Below, one piece after another: positions 18,147 to 26,955 of a stretch of 34,570 nt of DNA. Each line of letters starts with the position of its first letter. Within the stretch, counting starts at the first letter, position 1. The DNA comes from Synergistaceae bacterium (GTDB lineage Bacteria > Synergistota > Synergistia > Synergistales > Aminobacteriaceae): the NCBI GenBank assembly GCA_017394925.1, contig JAFPWQ010000058.1:1-34570 (forward strand), given 5' to 3'. The notes beneath the pieces were generated by a model. It was given only the letters and a program-made list of their open reading frames with translations, was not told where the DNA came from and made no database searches. A program made the position numbers and the translations under genes.

Positions 18147-18327
18147 AACCCAGAATTCAGACATAGATTAATTACACCGTGTAACTTACAGCATAAAATC
18201 ATCTCGTAATTTTGACTGGCTTTTAACCAGTTATACGTGTATAAACTAAGGCTGTTTGTTAAAATTTTGCGGTTATTATAGAATTATCGCCATAAAAATT
18301 TTCACACATTAAAGGGAGGATACGTTT

Positions 18328-19644
18328 ATGTTCAGAAAAACAGCAATGCTCATGCTGGTAATGATGCTGCTGTCGGTCTCATTGTCATGGGCTGATGAAC
18401 CCGAAGCTGCACCTGCAGTAACAGAATCAGAATCAGAGTCATTACAGGAAGTTGCGAGTGCAGACTCAGAACCAGAACAGCCCGATGAACTTACGCTGAG
18501 GGAAAATGCAGTGAATGCTAAAGCCGCAGAACTCGAAGCATTAGAGGCATCACTGAAGGCCCGCGAGGAATCATTAAGAGATCAGGAAACTAATTTTGCA
18601 CCCAGAGCGGCCAGACTCGCGCAGTTGAATCGTCAGCACAACGCAGAATCGGCTTTACTCGGAGGACGTGAGAATCAGATTAAGGACCGTGAACTTGCAT
18701 TGATGAGACGTGAAGCGGAACTTGCCAGACGTGAGAAGGCATTTGCGGAAGCCAGCCAGAAATTTACGACAGCAACGGAAGCACTTGCAGGACGTGAGGC
18801 AGATTTAGCGAAAAGAGAGTCAGAGCTTGCCGGACGTGAGAGTGAACTCAACGCAAAAATTTCGGCCAAAGAAGCAGCAGACAAACTCACAGAACGTGAA
18901 GCGGAATTAGTGAAGCGTGAGACAGCATTAACAGAACGTGAAGCAACCGGCAATCGTTTAAGCGCATTAGAGTCAGAACTCAGCGAAAAGGATTCGGCAC
19001 TGAAGGCACGAGAAGAGGCAGTAACGGCGCGTGAGGCAAATGCGAAATCACAGGAAGAAAAATTATCTGAGCAGTCAAAAGAGATTGCATCACATGAGGA
19101 GGCACTCTCAAAGAAGGAAGCAGATTTAACAGCACGTGAATCAGCACTTGCGAATGAGAACAAAAAGCTCGCAGAAGTTTCAACATCACTGAATGAAAGA
19201 GAATCGGCATTAATCAACCGTGAAGTCGAAGCAAACATGAAAGCTAACGAAGTTGCAGAGATGGAGACGCTGATAAAAGAACTTCCTGCATTTGACCCGG
19301 ACAACTCAACGGAAGCGGCCATGATATTAACGTACAAACTTCCGGCGGCAAGAAGACGTGAGTTAATTGCAATGCAGAGAGCAGCATATCAGAAGTACAG
19401 CTCAAACAGAATCACTCAGGCATTCGAGGATTATTCAGCGGCGGCAGAAGCAGAACCGAATGTGAATTATCTTGCGGCATACTGGGCAGGACTTGCGGCT
19501 GAAAGATTACGCAACAGAAGAGATGATGCGCTTACATGGGCGAATAAGGCACTTGAAATCAACCCGAACTACAGACCCGCACAGGAACTTAAACGCAGAC
19601 TTGAATCGCATTCATCATCACAGCAGAGAAGACGCTCGCGTTAA
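18328..19644 (+). CDS. Secreted coiled-coil repeat protein with a C-terminal TPR-like module
   Basis: It has a signal peptide (MLMLVMMLLSVSLSWA), an acidic linker and about 15 iterations of an R-E-x-x-L/A heptad-like motif (REAELARRE, RESELAGRESEL, REAELVKRETAL and others). The C-terminus is AYWAGLAAERLRNRRDDALTWANKALEINPNY. GGGAGG RBS. Confidence 0.7.
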   Translation: MFRKTAMLMLVMMLLSVSLSWADEPEAAPAVTESESESLQEVASADSEPEQPDELTLRENAVNAKAAELEALEASLKAREESLRDQETNFAPRAARLAQLNRQHNAESALLGGRENQIKDRELALMRREAELARREKAFAEASQKFTTATEALAGREADLAKRESELAGRESELNAKISAKEAADKLTEREAELVKRETALTEREATGNRLSALESELSEKDSALKAREEAVTAREANAKSQEEKLSEQSKEIASHEEALSKKEADLTARESALANENKKLAEVSTSLNERESALINREVEANMKANEVAEMETLIKELPAFDPDNSTEAAMILTYKLPAARRRELIAMQRAAYQKYSSNRITQAFEDYSAAAEAEPNVNYLAAYWAGLAAERLRNRRDDALTWANKALEINPNYRPAQELKRRLESHSSSQQRRRSR

Positions 19645-19668
19645 TCATCACAGGGATTTGATATTTAT

Positions 19669-19703
19669 TCCCCTCTGTTGATATTAGCGGAGGGGATTTT
19701 GTT
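19669..19703 (+). terminator. Rho-independent terminator after the coiled-coil gene
   Basis: TCCCCTC (19669-19675) pairs with GAGGGGA (19690-19696), followed by TTTTGTTT. Confidence 0.8.
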
Positions 19704-19729
19704 TAACATTAAGGAGGTGCTTTAACAGT

Positions 19730-20863
19730 TTGGAAGATTTGTATGAAATTCTCGGAGTCCCAAGAGATGCATCACAGGCGGACATAAAGAAGGCATTCAG
19801 GAAACTTGCGCATGAATATCATCCTGATTCACATCCCGGCGACAAGGCAATAGAAGACAAGTTCAAGAAGATAAATGCGGCGTATTCAGTTCTGAATGAC
19901 CCGGAGAAACGCGCCCGTTATGACCAGTTCGGAAGTGCGGACGGCAATGCGAATCCTTTCGGCGGTATGGGAGGCGTAGATCTCGGCGATTTATTCGGTG
20001 ATTTATTCTCGCAGGCATTCGGAGGCGGTTTTGGGGGCTTCGGAGGTTCACGGAGAGCGAATCCCAATGCACCGCGTCAGGGTGAAGACATTGAACAGGT
20101 CATGAAGATAACGCTTCTCGAAGCCAGCACAGGAATCACACGCGATATTGACGTAATGCGTTCTGAGAAATGCCAGCACTGTAACGGAACAGGAGCAAAG
20201 CCGGGTACGAAAGCTGAGACATGCCCGACGTGTAAAGGTCAGGGTCAGGTGAGACAGGCACAGCAAAGTTTATTCGGTCAGTTCGTGAGCATAACTACAT
20301 GCCCTGACTGCAAAGGCAAAGGAAAAATCATTAGGGATAAATGCGATGAATGCCACGGGCGCGGAATGGTGCGTAAGAAACATACGATTGAAGTTAAGAT
20401 ACCTGCGGGAATTGAACGGGGAATGCGTTTAAGAATCCCTCATGCAGGCGAGGACGGAATAAACGATGGGCCTTCGGGTGATTTATATCTCATGATTGAC
20501 GTTGAGAAACACCCGGACTTTGAGCGCGACGGGCCGGATTTACACACGAATTTGATTCTCACATATCCGCAGGCAGTTCTGGGTACGACCGCAAAGATTA
20601 ACACGCTTGACGGATCCGTAACTGAGATAAATATTCCGGCCGGGACGTATCAAGGGCAGGTGTTCAAGGTTAAGGGTAAGGGAATGCCTAAAATTAATTC
20701 TCTCAATGCAAAGGGAGATTTATACGCTCATGTTTACATTGAGATTCCGAAGCAATTGACCGAAAAACAGCGCGAGTTGATTAAGGCACTTGCTGACGAA
20801 ATGAAAACGCCGGTTAATAGTGAACAGGGATTTTTCGACAAAGTAAAAAATTTATTCAGCTGA
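19730..20863 (+). CDS. dnaJ: Molecular chaperone DnaJ
   Basis: J domain (YEILGV...HPD), a G/F-rich linker and four CxxCxGxG zinc-finger repeats (CQHCNGTG, CPTCKGQG, CPDCKGKG, CDECHGRG). Apparent TTG start 12 nt after AAGGAGG. Confidence 0.92.
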   Translation: MEDLYEILGVPRDASQADIKKAFRKLAHEYHPDSHPGDKAIEDKFKKINAAYSVLNDPEKRARYDQFGSADGNANPFGGMGGVDLGDLFGDLFSQAFGGGFGGFGGSRRANPNAPRQGEDIEQVMKITLLEASTGITRDIDVMRSEKCQHCNGTGAKPGTKAETCPTCKGQGQVRQAQQSLFGQFVSITTCPDCKGKGKIIRDKCDECHGRGMVRKKHTIEVKIPAGIERGMRLRIPHAGEDGINDGPSGDLYLMIDVEKHPDFERDGPDLHTNLILTYPQAVLGTTAKINTLDGSVTEINIPAGTYQGQVFKVKGKGMPKINSLNAKGDLYAHVYIEIPKQLTEKQRELIKALADEMKTPVNSEQGFFDKVKNLFS

Positions 20864-20877
20864 GGTGATTTTATATT

Positions 20878-21681
20878 ATGGTGATTCATATGGAAGATAT
20901 TAGCTCAATTATTTCTGGGCTTGGTTCGGTTGCTGTTGCGCTATTCTTTTTGCTTATCGTACTTTCAATGGCGATTCGTGTTGTTCCTGAATACAGAAGA
21001 CTCGTGTTATTCAGACTTGGCCGTCTTGTTGGCAGTCGCGGACCTGGAATCGTATTCATCATGCCGTTCATCGACAAAGCAATCACGGTTGACCTGAGAA
21101 TCTTAACGCTTGATGTTCCAGTTCAGGAAGTAATCACGAAAGACAACGTAGCAATCAAAGTTAATGCTGTAGTTTACTTCCGTGTACTTGAGCCTGCAAA
21201 ATCAGTTGTCGAAGTTGAGAACTATATCGTAGCGACAAGTCAGCTTGCACAGACTACGTTACGCTCTGTTGTGGGATCCGTTGAACTTGATGAAGTGCTT
21301 TCGTCCAGAGAGAAAATCAATCAGGAATTGCAGAAGATAATTGACGACCGCACAGATCCGTGGGGTATTAAGGTTAGCGCGGTTGAAGTGAAAGAGCTTG
21401 AACTCCCGGAAGGAATGAAGCGGGCAATGGCACGTCAGGCAGAAGCAGAACGTGAGCGCAGAGCAAAAATCATTGCCGCAGAAGGTGAGTTACAAGCCGC
21501 CGAAAAATTATCGGAAGCCGCTCACAAAATGGAAAGTTCACCCGTAACATTGCAGCTGAGATATTTGCAGACGATTCGCGAGATTGCCGGTGAGAGAAAC
21601 ACGACAACATTTTTCCCGATTCCTGTTGATTTAGTACAGCCGTTTATAAATAAGCTGACGGGCAAAAAGGAGAATGCATGA
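20878..21681 (+). CDS. SPFH/band-7 (stomatin/slipin-like) membrane protein
   Basis: N-terminal TM segment followed by an SPFH core ([14 protein letters not shown]...[20 protein letters not shown]...) and an [10 protein letters not shown] coiled coil. No NfeD partner gene is adjacent. Confidence 0.88.
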   Translation: MVIHMEDISSIISGLGSVAVALFFLLIVLSMAIRVVPEYRRLVLFRLGRLVGSRGPGIVFIMPFIDKAITVDLRILTLDVPVQEVITKDNVAIKVNAVVYFRVLEPAKSVVEVENYIVATSQLAQTTLRSVVGSVELDEVLSSREKINQELQKIIDDRTDPWGIKVSAVEVKELELPEGMKRAMARQAEAERERRAKIIAAEGELQAAEKLSEAAHKMESSPVTLQLRYLQTIREIAGERNTTTFFPIPVDLVQPFINKLTGKKENA

Positions 21682-24326
21682 TGAAATACAGAAGTGCCGC
21701 TGAACTCCGCGATATGTTCATAAAGTTCTGGGAGGAAAAAGGCTCAAAGCATCTCGAAAGTTTTTCGCTCGTCCCTGATGACCCTTCATTACTTTTCACG
21801 ATTGCCGGAATGGTTCCGTTAAAGCCATATTACTTGGGCATAAAAGAACCTGAATATCCCAGAGTCGTAACGAGTCAAAAATGCGTTCGTACAAATGACA
21901 TTGAGAACGTCGGAAGGACTGCAAGACATCATACATTCTTTGAGATGCTCGGAAATTTCACGTGGGGAAGTTACTTCAAGCATGAGGCTATAACATGGGC
22001 GTGGGAATTCCTGACTGAGAGAGTCGGACTTGACCCCGAAAGATTATACGCAACTATATATCTTGATGATGAAGAAGCATTTGACGTGTGGCATAATGTC
22101 GTGGGACTTCCCAAAGAGAAGATATATCGTTTCGGCGAGAAAGATAACTACTGGTACATGGGCGACACAGGGCCGTGCGGGCCATGCAGTGAGATATATT
22201 ACGACAGAGGCGAAAAGTATTCGTGCGGAAAAGAAACTTGCGGCGTTGGCTGTGATTGCGACCGTTACATGGAAATCTGGAATCTCGTGTTCACCCAGTT
22301 CGACAGACAAAAGGACGGAAGTTTGCCCTTACTGCCCCACAAGAATATCGATACAGGCATGGGACTTGAGAGACTTGCATCAGTTGTTCAGAATGTAGAT
22401 ACGGATTATGAGACGGATTTATTCACGCCGTTAATCGAACATACATGCAAACGTGCAGGTATAAAGTACGGGAATGATTCGAAAAATGACATGGCCGTAC
22501 GTGTGATTGCAGATCATGTTCGCAGTGTTGCCTTCATGCTTGCTGACGGTGTTTTACCCTCAAATGACGGTCCCGGTTATGTCCTGAGAAGATTATTGCG
22601 CAGAGCTGTAAGATTCGGGAAATTGCTCGGCTTTGATGATATGTTCCTGTGTGAATACATGCCCATATTGATTGATATTATGGGTAATCCTTATCGTGAA
22701 CTTATTACGCAGAGGCCGGTAATCGAACAGATAATCACGCTTGAAGAAGAGAAGTTCAATAAGACGCTCAAACAGGGAACAGAATTATTTGATGCAGAGA
22801 TTGCGAACCTCAAAGCACAGAACAAAAACGAAATTCCCGGTTATGTTATATTCACACTCTATGACACATACGGATTTCCTCCTGAACTCACCAGAGAAAT
22901 GGCAAGTGAACAGGGCTTCACTCTCGATGAAGAAGGCTTCACGCGTTCAATGACTGAGCAAAGAGAACGTGCAAGGTCATCAAGCAAGCAGAAAAGAAGC
23001 GCATTAGCCGGAGATATATACACTGAACTTGAGAATGAGACAGGCAGAACGAAATTTACGGGCTATGAATCAGATTCAGGGACAGGAAAGATTATCGCGC
23101 TGATTGATTCAGAGGGCAGAACCGAAAGCGTAACAGGTCCGTGTGAATGTGAGATCGTTTTAGACGTAACACCTTTCTATGCTGAACGCGGCGGCGAGAT
23201 CGGCGATACAGGCATAATGATGATTGCAGGCCATGAAGTGAAAATCATAAACACTATACCTCATGGGAATATTATCGTTCATACGGCAAAACTTGAATCA
23301 GGATTCACAATCAACGTTGGAGATAACGCAGAATGCCGTATTGACGATGAAAGACGAAGTGCAATCAGACGCAATCACACGGCAACGCATTTACTGCATG
23401 AGGCACTCGGACGCGTACTTGGCCGTCATGTCAGGCAGGCGGGTTCACTCGTTACGGATGAGTTTTTGAGATTTGACTTCACGCATCATTCTGCAGTTAC
23501 TGATGAAGAAATAGCACAGGCCGAAGAGATAATTAACCGTGAAATCCTGAATAATATTGCGGTTGATATATCAGAACATTCAAAGGAAGAGGCTCAATCA
23601 CTCGGAGCTAAGGCACTCTTCGATGAGAAATACGGCGATGTTGTTAGAGTCGTAAATGTCGAGGGATTCTCAATGGAATTATGCGGAGGCTTGCATGTCG
23701 AACGTACGGGTGATATTGGCAGCTTTAAGATTCTTCGTGAAGAGAGCATTGGCTCAGGCACAAGAAGAATACTTGCGGCTACGGGCATGAATGTACTTGC
23801 GATTCTTCAGAAATTATTCACACTCAGACGTTCAATGACAGCGTTACTCTCAACCGATGAAGATAATCTCAATGAGAAAGCAAAAGCACTTGTCGAAGAG
23901 TTAAAGACGATGAAGAGTCAGATTCAGGCGGCGAAATTACGCGATGTTCTCGAAAACTCAGAGAGATTTTTAGAACGTGAAGAAATTAACGGTGTACTCG
24001 TTCAGACAGGAAGATTCATTGATATTCAGCCCAACATGTTACGCGATATAGGCGACAAGGCAAAGGCACGTCCAGAACCAAATGTAGTTATTCTTGCATC
24101 ACGTAACACTGAAGATGATTCATGCCAGCTTGTTGTGATGTCGGACGATAAAGCCGTGAACATGGGAGTGAATGCGGGCGCGCTAGTGAAGGAAGCGTGC
24201 GCTGTTCTCGGCGGTAAAGGCGGAGGCAGAAAGAATATTGCGCAGGGCGGAGGTCGTGAAGGCTCAAAACTCGAAGATGCACTGAAACACATTCACGCAA
24301 TGATTAAATCTCAGGTGTCAAAGTGA
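21678..24326 (+). CDS. alaS: Alanine--tRNA ligase
   Basis: 882 aa. It has a class II core ([12 protein letters not shown]), an editing-domain HTATHLLH motif and a C-terminal DHHA1-like GGKGGGR. Its start overlaps the SPFH stop (ATGATGA). Confidence 0.95.
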   Translation: MMKYRSAAELRDMFIKFWEEKGSKHLESFSLVPDDPSLLFTIAGMVPLKPYYLGIKEPEYPRVVTSQKCVRTNDIENVGRTARHHTFFEMLGNFTWGSYFKHEAITWAWEFLTERVGLDPERLYATIYLDDEEAFDVWHNVVGLPKEKIYRFGEKDNYWYMGDTGPCGPCSEIYYDRGEKYSCGKETCGVGCDCDRYMEIWNLVFTQFDRQKDGSLPLLPHKNIDTGMGLERLASVVQNVDTDYETDLFTPLIEHTCKRAGIKYGNDSKNDMAVRVIADHVRSVAFMLADGVLPSNDGPGYVLRRLLRRAVRFGKLLGFDDMFLCEYMPILIDIMGNPYRELITQRPVIEQIITLEEEKFNKTLKQGTELFDAEIANLKAQNKNEIPGYVIFTLYDTYGFPPELTREMASEQGFTLDEEGFTRSMTEQRERARSSSKQKRSALAGDIYTELENETGRTKFTGYESDSGTGKIIALIDSEGRTESVTGPCECEIVLDVTPFYAERGGEIGDTGIMMIAGHEVKIINTIPHGNIIVHTAKLESGFTINVGDNAECRIDDERRSAIRRNHTATHLLHEALGRVLGRHVRQAGSLVTDEFLRFDFTHHSAVTDEEIAQAEEIINREILNNIAVDISEHSKEEAQSLGAKALFDEKYGDVVRVVNVEGFSMELCGGLHVERTGDIGSFKILREESIGSGTRRILAATGMNVLAILQKLFTLRRSMTALLSTDEDNLNEKAKALVEELKTMKSQIQAAKLRDVLENSERFLEREEINGVLVQTGRFIDIQPNMLRDIGDKAKARPEPNVVILASRNTEDDSCQLVVMSDDKAVNMGVNAGALVKEACAVLGGKGGGRKNIAQGGGREGSKLEDALKHIHAMIKSQVSK

Positions 24327-24742
24327 GTTCGGGACGCGTACTTGCACTTGATATCGGCACAGTGAGAATCGGAGCGGCAATTTCAGACTCTAACCGCATA
24401 ATCGCACAGCCGTTAGACACATGGAACGCAGAAAATGATTCATGGCTTAATGATTTTGATTCTGCACTCGCAAAATATAATCCTGCAATTATAGTTGTTG
24501 GTCTGCCTTTACGGACTGACGGCAAAAAGAGCGAGGCCGGAGAAAAAATTCTTGCACTTGTCGATGAACTTCGCAAAAAATATCCTGAACGTGAATTTGT
24601 TACGCACGATGAGAGATTTACGACGGTGATAGCACAGCAGGTTCTGATTGGTGCAGATGTATCACGAAAACGAAGACGCAAAAGTGTAGATAAGATTGCG
24701 GCGGTGTTAATTCTCGAAAGCTGGTTAGAATCGAATCGTTAA
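24323..24742 (+). CDS. ruvX: Holliday junction resolvase-like protein RuvX (YqgF)
   Basis: 139 aa. RVLALDIGTVRIGAAISD is the YqgF N-terminal motif. The GTG start overlaps the alaS stop (GTGA). alaS-ruvX synteny is classic. Confidence 0.9.
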   Translation: MSSGRVLALDIGTVRIGAAISDSNRIIAQPLDTWNAENDSWLNDFDSALAKYNPAIIVVGLPLRTDGKKSEAGEKILALVDELRKKYPEREFVTHDERFTTVIAQQVLIGADVSRKRRRKSVDKIAAVLILESWLESNR

Positions 24743-24748
24743 ATACAT

Positions 24749-24777
24749 TCCCTCTCTGAAAACGGGAGGGATTTTTT
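24749..24777. terminator. Terminator hairpin after ruvX, shared with the convergent vapC remnant
   Basis: TCCCTCTC (24749-24756) pairs with GGGAGGGA (24764-24771), followed by T6 at 24772-24777. The stop codon of the minus-strand PIN gene (24776-24778) lies in the T-tract. Confidence 0.8.
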
Positions 24778-25200
24778 ATTTGCCGAAAGTGAAGACATCA
24801 GCAAAATATTCTTCAGGTGTTAATGCTTTCACTTTGCTGTTCTGATAATCTTTTGCGTTTCTCGTGATTATATAGTCCGCATTGAGGCGTTCTGCTGTTA
24901 CGCTCTGTACTGCGTCTTCGTAATCATGCCATTTCATATTTGCGGCCTCTTCAACATCCGAAAATTTAAAAGATCCGCAAACCTGAACGCTAAAGCCAAT
25001 GCCATAAATATCTCCTGCATACGGTCAGGAGTTAATTCTTTTCTCATGATGTAGGATATATTAATCAGGCTCATAGCAGAGATATAACCTTCAATGTAGT
25101 TATCCTCACAGTATCCCCACACTTTGAGAGCTTCATCAAGATACGGTTCTCTCTCCTGCAGCACATCAAGCAGTACGTTTGTGTCAATCAGCAATCTCAT
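24776..25200 (-). pseudogene. PIN-domain toxin (VapC-like) interrupted by a 1-nt frameshift in an A4 run
   Basis: The N-terminal 80 codons (MRLLIDTNVLLD...FADLLNF) are in the 24934-25200 ORF frame. The C-terminal 61 codons (SDVEEAANMKWHDYEDAVQSVTAERLNADYIITRNAKDYQNSKVKALTPEEYF...) are open in another frame down to the TAA at 24776-24778. One extra A in AAAA at 24961-24964 joins them into a 141-aa PIN protein. Confidence 0.8.
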
Positions 25201-25426
25201 ATTTCTTCCTCAACATTTCTTCTCTTACTTTGGCAGCATCAATCTCTTTGCTGAGAATTCCCTTGAGCCTTTCACCTATAAGTGTTACAACTTTGCCTCT
25301 TGGAAGAAACCGGCCTATCTCTTTTCCGTTCTTCGTCATGATGATCTCCTCGCCGTTTTCCATCATGTCAAGATATTCGCTTATGTGTTCCTGAATCGTG
25401 TCCCTTGTTGCTATTGAACTGAGCAT
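25184..25426 (-). CDS. Phd/YefM-type antitoxin
   Basis: About 80 aa. MLSSIATRDTIQEHISEYLDMMENGEEIIMTKNGKEIGRFLP matches the Phd/YefM N-terminal fold pattern. ATG 25426 lies 9 nt after GAGGAGG. Its 3' end overlaps the PIN gene start by 17 nt. Confidence 0.7.
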   Translation of the reverse strand: MLSSIATRDTIQEHISEYLDMMENGEEIIMTKNGKEIGRFLPRGKVVTLIGERLKGILSKEIDAAKVREEMLRKKYEIAD

Positions 25427-25495
25427 AAATATATTCCTCCTCAAAAAATTTAATTCTGTTCCTCACAATTTTAACATCAGGGGGAACTGAATTAA

Positions 25496-26025
25496 TTATA
25501 CAATTACTTCACTCTCAATTATCTTCATGGCCTCACGCTCAAGCACATACGCTTCGTATCTCTTCGTATTTGCCTCAAGCGCAAGTGAATTTATGCGGCT
25601 CTGAATCTCTTTGTCCTTCAGCAATGGAAACGGAACCTGCTGCATATGCTCATCTCTGATTTCTTTAACGACTCCTCCGCAGGAATAACGTTTCACAAGT
25701 TCACATCCATAATCAGAAGCAAAGAATGTATACGTGTAGCCTGCAATATCATCTGAAACAGGAACTACCCTCATAACGTTCTGGCTTACTGTCCACCCTT
25801 CCCAATGCTTTGGAACAATAGTTGCTTTTCCAACTGTGCCGATGCATGTTACAAGAATCATATTCTCATGTATTGTCAGCACATCACGAATCAAATTCTC
25901 ATGCTTTGAGAATGCAAGATATTTTTTCTCTGACGGGTCAAGCTCACTAATCTGTTTGCCTCCGATAAATACAGCTCCATATCCTTCATCAACGTATACT
26001 CGCTTAAATATTCCAGGCAGAATTA
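25496..26025 (-). CDS. Specificity (HsdS-like) module, second target-recognition domain plus helical spacer; it has no start of its own, and its frame is continuous with the upstream ORF if the T7 tract were T8
   Basis: The frame is open from the T7 tract: IILPGIFKRVYVDEGYGAVFIGGKQISELDPSEKKYLAFSKHENLIRDV...TCIGTVGKATIV...EIQSRINSLALEANTKRYEAYVLEREAM. That is a TRD followed by a conserved coiled-coil helix. The ORF track lists only 25496-25894. Confidence 0.7.
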
Positions 26026-26955
26026 TTTTTTTCTCACTCTTGAATCTCCGACAGTCAGAACTTCTTCTGCATGTTCTCTCAGGTGATTTATAATCGCATT
26101 GAACAGCGGCGAATGAAACGAGGCCTCAAACCGCATTGAGCTTAAGAAATCCGCACTGTTAACCGTGAATGTCATCGTATTATATTTATGCTTCATATCA
26201 TCAATCGGCGGAAGTTCAAGCTCACGGATCATTAATGCTTCTGCCTCGTCAATCATTGAATTAGATTCATCACGAAGAGCATATGACTTTATGACGAGTT
26301 CATGAATCCTTCTGCGCAATTCCTTCGGCGCATTGGGAACGGGAATATCATTCAGGTGTTCAGGGTTAATGTGCTTAACAACCGCTCCGAATTCAAGAGA
26401 ATGCAAAAGTTTCTGACCCTCTGAGCTTTTGAGATACGCATAAATATATCCGGCATCATCTGAATCTCTGCAGTCGATTCGAATCATGTCAGGACTCAAA
26501 TATTTTCCGTCAAGCGTTTCTGATACATATGTTACATTTCCTATTGTGCCTGAACGCGATAACAATAGCTGCCCTTCATGTATCATCAGTTCATCAATTT
26601 CTGACTGTTTACGCGAATACAAATATCCGTCTGCTTGAGGCTTTATGTCAGTAACACTTGAGGGCTGGAAGAAGGGATACGGAGATTTCGAGCGCATGAG
26701 TTTAACTGAACGGCCGAACATATACGAATTCGCAAACTCTTCAAACCTTACAGCCGGATATTTCCCGTTCTCAATTGACGATGATATATCTTCAGCCTCA
26801 CGGTTATATGCTCCTGCCTCAAGACGCATATTTTTATCCGCAAGAATATCTTTAATCTCAATAACTGATATTCCAGTCTCCCCAGAAGAAAGCCGTTTTT
26901 TTTTTCCCCCGCCATTCCTCAAATACAGCAGGAAGTTCAATCGTCTGATCGTCAA
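26023..26955 (-). CDS. Specificity (HsdS-like) module, first target-recognition domain plus helical spacer; the annotated start overlaps the methylase gene by 98 nt
   Basis: ISVIEIKDILADKNMRLEAGAYN...SRSGTIGNVTYV...RRRIHELVIKSYALRDESNSMIDEAEALMIREL is a TRD plus a central conserved helix. The ORF ends at a TAA created right after the A7 (plus-strand T7) tract at 26026-26032. Confidence 0.7.
   Translation of the reverse strand: MTIRRLNFLLYLRNGGGKKKRLSSGETGISVIEIKDILADKNMRLEAGAYNREAEDISSSIENGKYPAVRFEEFANSYMFGRSVKLMRSKSPYPFFQPSSVTDIKPQADGYLYSRKQSEIDELMIHEGQLLLSRSGTIGNVTYVSETLDGKYLSPDMIRIDCRDSDDAGYIYAYLKSSEGQKLLHSLEFGAVVKHINPEHLNDIPVPNAPKELRRRIHELVIKSYALRDESNSMIDEAEALMIRELELPPIDDMKHKYNTMTFTVNSADFLSSMRFEASFHSPLFNAIINHLREHAEEVLTVGDSRVRKK
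26026..26032. repeat. T7 homopolymer at the junction of the two specificity-module ORFs
   Basis: Read directly. On the coding strand, AGA AAA AAA TAA becomes AGA AAA AAA ATA ATT CTG (RKKIILPG...) with one extra A. Confidence 0.9.

Noticed and set aside
18675-19337. 220-aa Ser/Ala-rich minus-strand ORF
   Set aside because: It is the mirror image of the repetitive GAA/GCA/CGT-rich coiled-coil gene on the plus strand. Low-complexity antisense frames lack stops by composition alone.
19645-19729. CIRCE (HrcA) operator upstream of dnaJ, also looked for upstream of htpG
   Set aside because: I looked for TTAGCACTC-N9-GAGTGCTAA. Only a terminator hairpin with an unrelated sequence (TTAGCGG within its loop and stem) is present. 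htpG has only a 7-nt gap to the preceding gene.
22030-22398. 122-aa plus-strand and 88-aa minus-strand ORFs inside alaS
   Set aside because: They are alternative or antisense frames within a full-length alanyl-tRNA synthetase gene.
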